DNA of 24,000 nucleotides from Methanocella sp. (GTDB taxonomy: Archaea > Halobacteriota > Methanocellia > Methanocellales > Methanocellaceae), in NCBI RefSeq assembly GCF_035506375.1, contig NZ_DATJPM010000029.1:6902-30901 (forward strand), in the 5' to 3' direction. The notes beneath the pieces were generated by a model, which was not told the origin of the DNA, searched no databases, and was given only the letters and a program-made list of their open reading frames with translations. Position numbers and translations under genes: made by a program. Shown here one piece after another: positions 19,699 through 24,000 of the stretch (the first letter of the stretch is position 1; each line of letters opens with the position of its first letter).

Positions 19699-20310
19699 TT
19701 AGAACTCGTATGTGCCGAAGCTGTTGTCGGCCATATTAAGCGTCTTCTCGAAGAGCGTCGCCTGGCCGCCCCGCCACTGGGCTACGATAGTGACGGTCGC
19801 GGGCACGTTCTTGTTGTGGTAGACGTCGAACGAAACATCCTTCCGGTCCTCCCACTGCATTACCCCGATGTTCTGGGGCTTCGTGATCGTGTTGGTCAGG
19901 TTATGCACGGTGCCATCGGCGTCTATGACGGTGGTGGGCGTGGTCACCTTGTAGAGCAGGACGATGTCGAGCACCAGGTTATCCTTGTTCACGTTATTCA
20001 GGGTCATGGTGGCCGTTTCGTGGGCCTGCCCCTCGAAGCCGGTGGTATCCCAGGTGATCTTGATATTCGAGACCGACACGGGCGAGTTGTTCGAATAGAC
20101 GGGCCACGGGGTCGGCGTGGGCGTTGGTGTCGCTACGGGCGCCGGAGTCGGGGTTTCGGAGGGCACGGCGGCGGCCTCGGGCGTCGGCACGGCCGTGGCA
20201 TTCGGAGTAGCCGTGGGCGTCGGCGTCGCGGCGGGCGCCGAGCATCCGGCCGCGGCCACGCCGGCGGCGATCAATAAAACGATGAGCACGGGCTTAAATT
20301 CCATAAACAT
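19699..20310 (-). CDS. Lipoprotein of unknown function with a Pro/Thr/Ala-rich linker and a beta-rich C-terminal domain
   Basis: - Start is placed at the ATG at 20310 (the track's 20313 is TTG), preceded by the SD-like AAGAGGA.
- The signal peptide has a lipobox (VAAAGC).
- The linker is APAATPTPTATPNATAVPTPEAAAVPSETPTPAPVATPTPTPTP.
- No recognisable catalytic motif is present. Confidence 0.7.
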   Translation of the reverse strand: MFMEFKPVLIVLLIAAGVAAAGCSAPAATPTPTATPNATAVPTPEAAAVPSETPTPAPVATPTPTPTPWPVYSNNSPVSVSNIKITWDTTGFEGQAHETATMTLNNVNKDNLVLDIVLLYKVTTPTTVIDADGTVHNLTNTITKPQNIGVMQWEDRKDVSFDVYHNKNVPATVTIVAQWRGGQATLFEKTLNMADNSFGTYEF

Positions 20311-20373
20311 CAATCCTCTTGTGTAGTCAAACCCTTAAAGTATATAACCAAGTTGCTGATACGGTACATAAGG

Positions 20374-20380
20374 TTTATAA
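20374..20380 (+). promoter_or_regulatory. TATA-like box upstream of srp54
   Basis: TTTATAA lies about 45 nt upstream of the ATG at 20422. The SD-like AGAGGA is at 20411-20416. Confidence 0.35.
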
Positions 20381-20421
20381 GTGAGCGAGCCAGAATTAAG
20401 CTGAAATTTTAAGAGGATAAC

Positions 20422-21753
20422 ATGGTGCTCGATAACCTCGGGTCTTCGCTTAAGAGCGCGATCCAGAAGCTCGCCAACGCCGGCAAGATCGACAAGGAAG
20501 TCATCGATGAGGTAGTGAAGGATATCCAGAGGGCGCTGATTCAGGCCGACGTGAACGTGAAGCTGGTCATGAAGCTCTCCAACCGGATAAAGGAGAGGGC
20601 CCTGACCGAGGCGCCCCCGGCCGGCATGGATTCCCGCGAGCACGTGCTCCGCATCGTTTACACGGAGCTTGTCAATATCATCGGCAAGGCGACGCCAATC
20701 GCATTAGAGCCACAGACCATAATGATGGTGGGCCTCCAGGGCTCGGGCAAGACCACCACGACCGCCAAGCTGGCGCGCTTCTTCTCCCGCAAGGGCCTCA
20801 AGCCAGCGGTCATCTGCGCCGACACGTACAGGCCGGGCGCGTACGATCAGCTAAGCCAATTATGCGAGAAGCTGGGCGTCATGTTCTACGGCGAGCGCGA
20901 CAACAAGGATGCGGTCGCCATCGTGAGGAAAGGACTAAAGGAGACCGCGAAGTACGACGTCCGCATCGTCGATACAGCAGGCCGCCACGCCCTCGAGACC
21001 GATCTCATAAAAGAGATGAAGGATATCTGTGCGCTCACGAATTACACTCACCGTTTCCTCGTTCTGGACGCCGCCATCGGCCAGCAGGCCAGCGAGCAGG
21101 CGATGGCGTTCAACGATGCCGTCGGGATCACGGGCGTGATCATCACCAAGCTTGACGGCACGGCAAAGGGCGGCGGCGCCCTCTCCGCCGTGTCGGACAC
21201 GAACACGTCCATCGCCTTCATCGGCGTGGGCGAGACGCCGGACGACCTGGAGCGCTTTGACCCGGACGGATTTATTTCGAGGCTGCTGGGCATGGGCGAC
21301 CTGAAGGCGCTCGTGGAGAAGGCCAACGAGGTCCTGTCGCAAAAAGACGTGGACGTCGAAAAGATGATGACGGGCAAGTTCACGCTGAACGACATGTACT
21401 CCCAGCTCGAGGCCATCAACAAGATGGGGCCCCTGAAGCAGATCATGTCGATGCTGCCGCTGGGCGGCATGGGTGGGAACATAACCGACGACATGTATAA
21501 GGTGACCCAGGATAAGATGCAGGGCTACCGTATCATCATGGACTCGATGACCGAGGCGGAAAAAGAGGACCCGAAGCTCATAGGGAGCAGCCGCATCGCC
21601 CGCATCGCCACTGGCTCGGGCAGGTCGCCCGAGGACGTGCGGGAGCTCTTAAAGTACCATAAGATGATGCAGAAGGCCATGAAGGGAATGAAGGGCGGCG
21701 GCCAGGGCAACAAGAACCTGAAGAAGATAATGAAGCAGATGAACATAAAATAA
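20422..21753 (+). CDS. srp54: Signal recognition particle protein SRP54
   Basis: - It has the N domain.
- The G domain motifs are [15 protein letters not shown] and TKLDG.
- The Met-rich M domain contains [32 protein letters not shown].
- The C-terminal tail is basic and Met-rich. Confidence 0.95.
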   Translation: MVLDNLGSSLKSAIQKLANAGKIDKEVIDEVVKDIQRALIQADVNVKLVMKLSNRIKERALTEAPPAGMDSREHVLRIVYTELVNIIGKATPIALEPQTIMMVGLQGSGKTTTTAKLARFFSRKGLKPAVICADTYRPGAYDQLSQLCEKLGVMFYGERDNKDAVAIVRKGLKETAKYDVRIVDTAGRHALETDLIKEMKDICALTNYTHRFLVLDAAIGQQASEQAMAFNDAVGITGVIITKLDGTAKGGGALSAVSDTNTSIAFIGVGETPDDLERFDPDGFISRLLGMGDLKALVEKANEVLSQKDVDVEKMMTGKFTLNDMYSQLEAINKMGPLKQIMSMLPLGGMGGNITDDMYKVTQDKMQGYRIIMDSMTEAEKEDPKLIGSSRIARIATGSGRSPEDVRELLKYHKMMQKAMKGMKGGGQGNKNLKKIMKQMNIK

Positions 21754-21756
21754 GCC

Positions 21757-21770
21757 TTTCCTGTTTTTTT
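21757..21770 (+). terminator. Oligo-T terminator after srp54
   Basis: TTTCCTGTTTTTTT (seven consecutive Ts at 21764-21770) starts 4 nt after the TAA. Confidence 0.45.
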
Positions 21771-21894
21771 AATCATCCATCTTTTCACGACGGTTCCGCT
21801 ATATTCATAAATTTAGCGGACTTTTTATGAAAATGCCTGTTTATCGTTTTTTACCGTAATAGGGGATAAAAATCCGCAAGCCGATTAACCTCAT

Positions 21895-22689
21895 ATGGGC
21901 GTGAGTATTGGGTATCGGCTGAAAGCGGTAGCTATAGTCCTGAGCATTACCGCTTTATTATTAATCGCAATTTCCGGCGCTTTGCCGGCTCAAGTAGACG
22001 CAAGGGCGAACCTGACGGCCTACAAGTCCGTAACTCCGAACGGCTGGGAGCCCGAAGGATATAACGTGACCGGTACCGTGCCGTATTATATAACGCATAC
22101 GCTGGGATGGAACAACGTAAAGATCATGGGCAACGTCGGAATTGGTAACGGCGGTGTGCAATATCTGAACGGGACGAGTAACCAGAACATAAACTATACG
22201 GATAATAATTTTATGGCGGGCGATGTTTCCGAGGCCCCATGGGATCCGGGTCGCCTGACCAGCGCGCCAGGGGTAGCCGTTAATTCCGCGACGGCCGCTA
22301 CAGGCGTATCGGCCGGAAAAAATTCCATCGCGAACAATACGTCCTCGACATCAGGCAATACCAGTCAGTCAATGATAAATATACCCGATATCGGAAAACT
22401 TAGCTTCGATAATAACACCCCGGCCGGCACGGGCAATGAAAGCACTTTGTCAGCGAATGATATGACGATAGTCAATTCGAACCAGATAAGCGTGGGAAAT
22501 AAGTTCAGTAACATGCCCCTGAACGACCCGTATCACTCGATACTCCTGGGCAGGCCCGTCGACGACCTGATGTACGAATACCCGCTCGCGCCGACGATCA
22601 GCGCTTACTTCAAGCTCGTAGGCATACCAATGCCGTGCGGCAGCGGGCTTGCAAGCTTCTCCATGAGGTGCCTGGGCTACGGATACTAG
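21895..22689 (+). CDS. Secreted/anchored Asn/Ser/Thr-rich protein of unknown function, many N-x-S/T sequons
   Basis: - The N-terminal hydrophobic segment is AVAIVLSITALLLIAISGALPAQVDA.
- At least 10 N-x-S/T sites are present (NLT, NVT, NGT, NYT, NNTS, NTS, NNT, NES...).
- GC is lower than in the housekeeping genes.
- A TATA-like GATAAAAA lies about 25 nt upstream of the ATG, which would make the mRNA leaderless. Confidence 0.6.
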   Translation: MGVSIGYRLKAVAIVLSITALLLIAISGALPAQVDARANLTAYKSVTPNGWEPEGYNVTGTVPYYITHTLGWNNVKIMGNVGIGNGGVQYLNGTSNQNINYTDNNFMAGDVSEAPWDPGRLTSAPGVAVNSATAATGVSAGKNSIANNTSSTSGNTSQSMINIPDIGKLSFDNNTPAGTGNESTLSANDMTIVNSNQISVGNKFSNMPLNDPYHSILLGRPVDDLMYEYPLAPTISAYFKLVGIPMPCGSGLASFSMRCLGYGY

Positions 22690-22702
22690 GCCGAGGCACT
22701 AT

Positions 22703-22735
22703 CGGCATAGCCGGACACTGTTGCTGGCTATGCCG
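22703..22735 (+). terminator. 10-bp hairpin downstream of 21895..22689 (function uncertain)
   Basis: CGGCATAGCC (22703-22712) pairs with GGCTATGCCG (22726-22735) around a 13-nt loop, 14 nt after the TAG. No strong T-run follows. Confidence 0.25.
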
Positions 22736-22951
22736 CACGCTCTTAAAAACGATGAGCGCTATTCTGGCCATGATGCCTTAGAGGGCTGCGGCGTTAAGTG
22801 ACGCGATCTTTCATAGTCAGCCGGGATACTCAAAAAGCTTACTGTATCTAGCCCTGCCTATAAAGCGCCTTAATCGATGAAAAATGCGGAGAGAAGGTTG
22901 GCCAACACCTGGCCGTTAGATATTTGGACACTGGAAAAAGTTTAAAAAACG

Positions 22952-23350
22952 TTATCCGAATGTGTCCGTGAAGAAGTATGTCCGCTCGTAGGCCGTCCTA
23001 CCGATCACCGACTGGCTGATCGACGGGAACGCCAGGCTCACCGGCCCGAAAGGCAGGATGTTCGACGTAAAGCTGTGATCAGGGCTGGTTATGCTCGTCG
23101 GGCCGGCAGCGAAGCCGTCCGAAAATAGGGGGAAATCTATATTAATATTCTCAAAATCGCTGCTAGTCATGGCCAGCGAGTTAAATTCCAGTATCGTCAG
23201 CCCCGTCGAACAAACGGGGAACATGAAAATCGTGCTATCCGTCGTAATGAATGGCGAAGCGGTCACGTTTAAAGCCGTGGCCGGCTGAATGGCCAGGGCC
23301 GACGTTAATAATATGGCCAGGACCATGGCTACCGCTATAAATGCTCTCAC
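22952..23350 (-). CDS. Small secreted protein of unknown function (132 aa)
   Basis: The GTG start at 23350 is preceded by SD GGAGGGT. The signal peptide is MRAFIAVAMVLAILLTSALAIQPATA. No recognisable domain is present. Confidence 0.6.
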   Translation of the reverse strand: MRAFIAVAMVLAILLTSALAIQPATALNVTASPFITTDSTIFMFPVCSTGLTILEFNSLAMTSSDFENINIDFPLFSDGFAAGPTSITSPDHSFTSNILPFGPVSLAFPSISQSVIGRTAYERTYFFTDTFG

Positions 23351-23578
23351 TTATTACCCTCCTCACAATATAAATCATTAGAATGTCGATGTTCAAATAT
23401 ATTATTATTTAATTGATTGTATAATTACTTAATAATGGCTATTAAACCGTTTTTATGACATTATCTTAAAATCGTCTCTGCTCTATGTTATTTTTAAGGG
23501 GCCGCCTTATGGGAAATTCCGCTTTTGGTGCAGGCAATATTTTTTGCTCTCCGGCCCGCTGGTTTAACTGGTGAGTGC

Positions 23579-23884
23579 ATGATGAAGTTGGGGAGAATCA
23601 TGATCATAGTGTCTATTTGCCTGGCGGCCGCCTCGATGGCAGCAGCCCCGGCTTTTGCCTGGGACTGGCCCATCATGGGCTTCGGCCCCGGCGCGGGAGC
23701 ACCGCTGACGAACGGCCCGCTGCCCAGCACGATCTTACCAGGCACCATCGAATGGGCATATCAGCCCGGGTGCGCGGCCCAGCTAGTCCTCCCGGGATAC
23801 ACCTATGGCCGGGACGCGTTCAGCGGTAACGTCGGCGTCGGCCCGGTACCTTCATACAGGCCCCTTCCGTCGCTATTACGGTAG
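23579..23884 (+). CDS. Small secreted Gly/Pro-rich protein of unknown function (101 aa)
   Basis: Start is moved to the ATG at 23579 (MMKLGRIMIIVSICLAAASMAAAPAFA, a clear signal peptide). The track ORF begins at a non-ATG codon 54 nt upstream. Confidence 0.55.
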   Translation: MMKLGRIMIIVSICLAAASMAAAPAFAWDWPIMGFGPGAGAPLTNGPLPSTILPGTIEWAYQPGCAAQLVLPGYTYGRDAFSGNVGVGPVPSYRPLPSLLR

Positions 23885-23936
23885 CTCCGGCGGCCGGGTC
23901 CGGGAAGTATTGAATAGATAAATCATTCGTAATATC

Positions 23937-23950
23937 TCTTTTTCGTTTTT
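23937..23950 (+). terminator. Two T5 runs downstream of 23579..23884
   Basis: TCTTTTTCGTTTTT lies about 50 nt after the stop, within an AT-rich tail. Confidence 0.3.
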
Positions 23951-24000
23951 AAATCAGGTCATAGATAAAAATTCATATGCTCATCTACCAAATATGGGCC

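Noticed and set aside
19816-20277. 153-aa plus-strand ORF, G/R-rich
   Set aside because: It is antisense to the lipoprotein gene 19699-20310. The Gly/Arg runs are the complement of the Pro/Thr/Ala linker codons.
22760-22830. Possible C/D-box sRNA (ATGATGC near 22771) in the convergent spacer
   Set aside because: The C-box is imperfect, and I found no properly spaced CTGA D-box or terminal stem on either strand.
1-24000. Search for tRNA, rRNA, CRISPR arrays, transposases or integrases, toxin-antitoxin pairs or known defence genes
   Set aside because: - Intergenic regions show no T-loop-like GTTCGAATC/acceptor-stem pairs and no rRNA-like segments.
- No ORF has recombinase, transposase, nuclease-helicase or TA-like motifs that I can recognise.
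- Absence of evidence by eye is not proof.

Overview
No homology search was run. All family calls below come from reading motifs in the supplied translations and the DNA. The window looks like a chromosomal segment of a moderately GC-rich methanogenic euryarchaeon. The protein flavour is most reminiscent of Methanocellales, but that is an unverified inference.

Housekeeping genes are recognisable:
- SRP54 (20422-21753)
- an archaeal histone (15108-15320)
- a minus-strand string thiI / small conserved ORF / hflX / panE (19082 down to 15337)
- a TatD-type hydrolase and a TupA-type tungstate-binding lipoprotein
- the tail of a DUF35 OB-fold protein at the left edge

The middle of the window (3.9-13.7 kb) is an envelope, transport and redox block:
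- A 4-TM protein fused to an HdrD/DsrK-like double CCG domain. It is translationally coupled to a small Bud32/RIO-like kinase.
- A long minus-strand operon (12862 down to 6062) with a dedicated ECF transporter (S component, fused double ATPase, T component). This is interleaved with lipoproteins and anchored proteins carrying seven copies of one cysteine-free module of about 110 aa that resembles a sulfite-oxidase/YedY domain. One copy is fused to the S component through an extra TM helix.
- A divergently transcribed CcsA/ResC-type heme-handling protein with a textbook WWD motif.

Two proteins of this block carry a single CXXCH-E motif just outside their first TM helix. Together these form my best candidate for an undescribed system: an ECF importer with extracytoplasmic capture domains, possibly linked to c-type heme attachment.

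Two intergenic regions are occupied by large imperfect palindromes, of about 440 bp at 13810-14252 and about 330 bp at 19341-19670. The second contains four copies of a 17-18 nt motif. No gene feature explains either.

The right end (21.8-24 kb) is lower in GC and encodes only small secreted proteins of unknown function. I saw no tRNA, rRNA, CRISPR array, transposase, integrase or recognisable defence gene.
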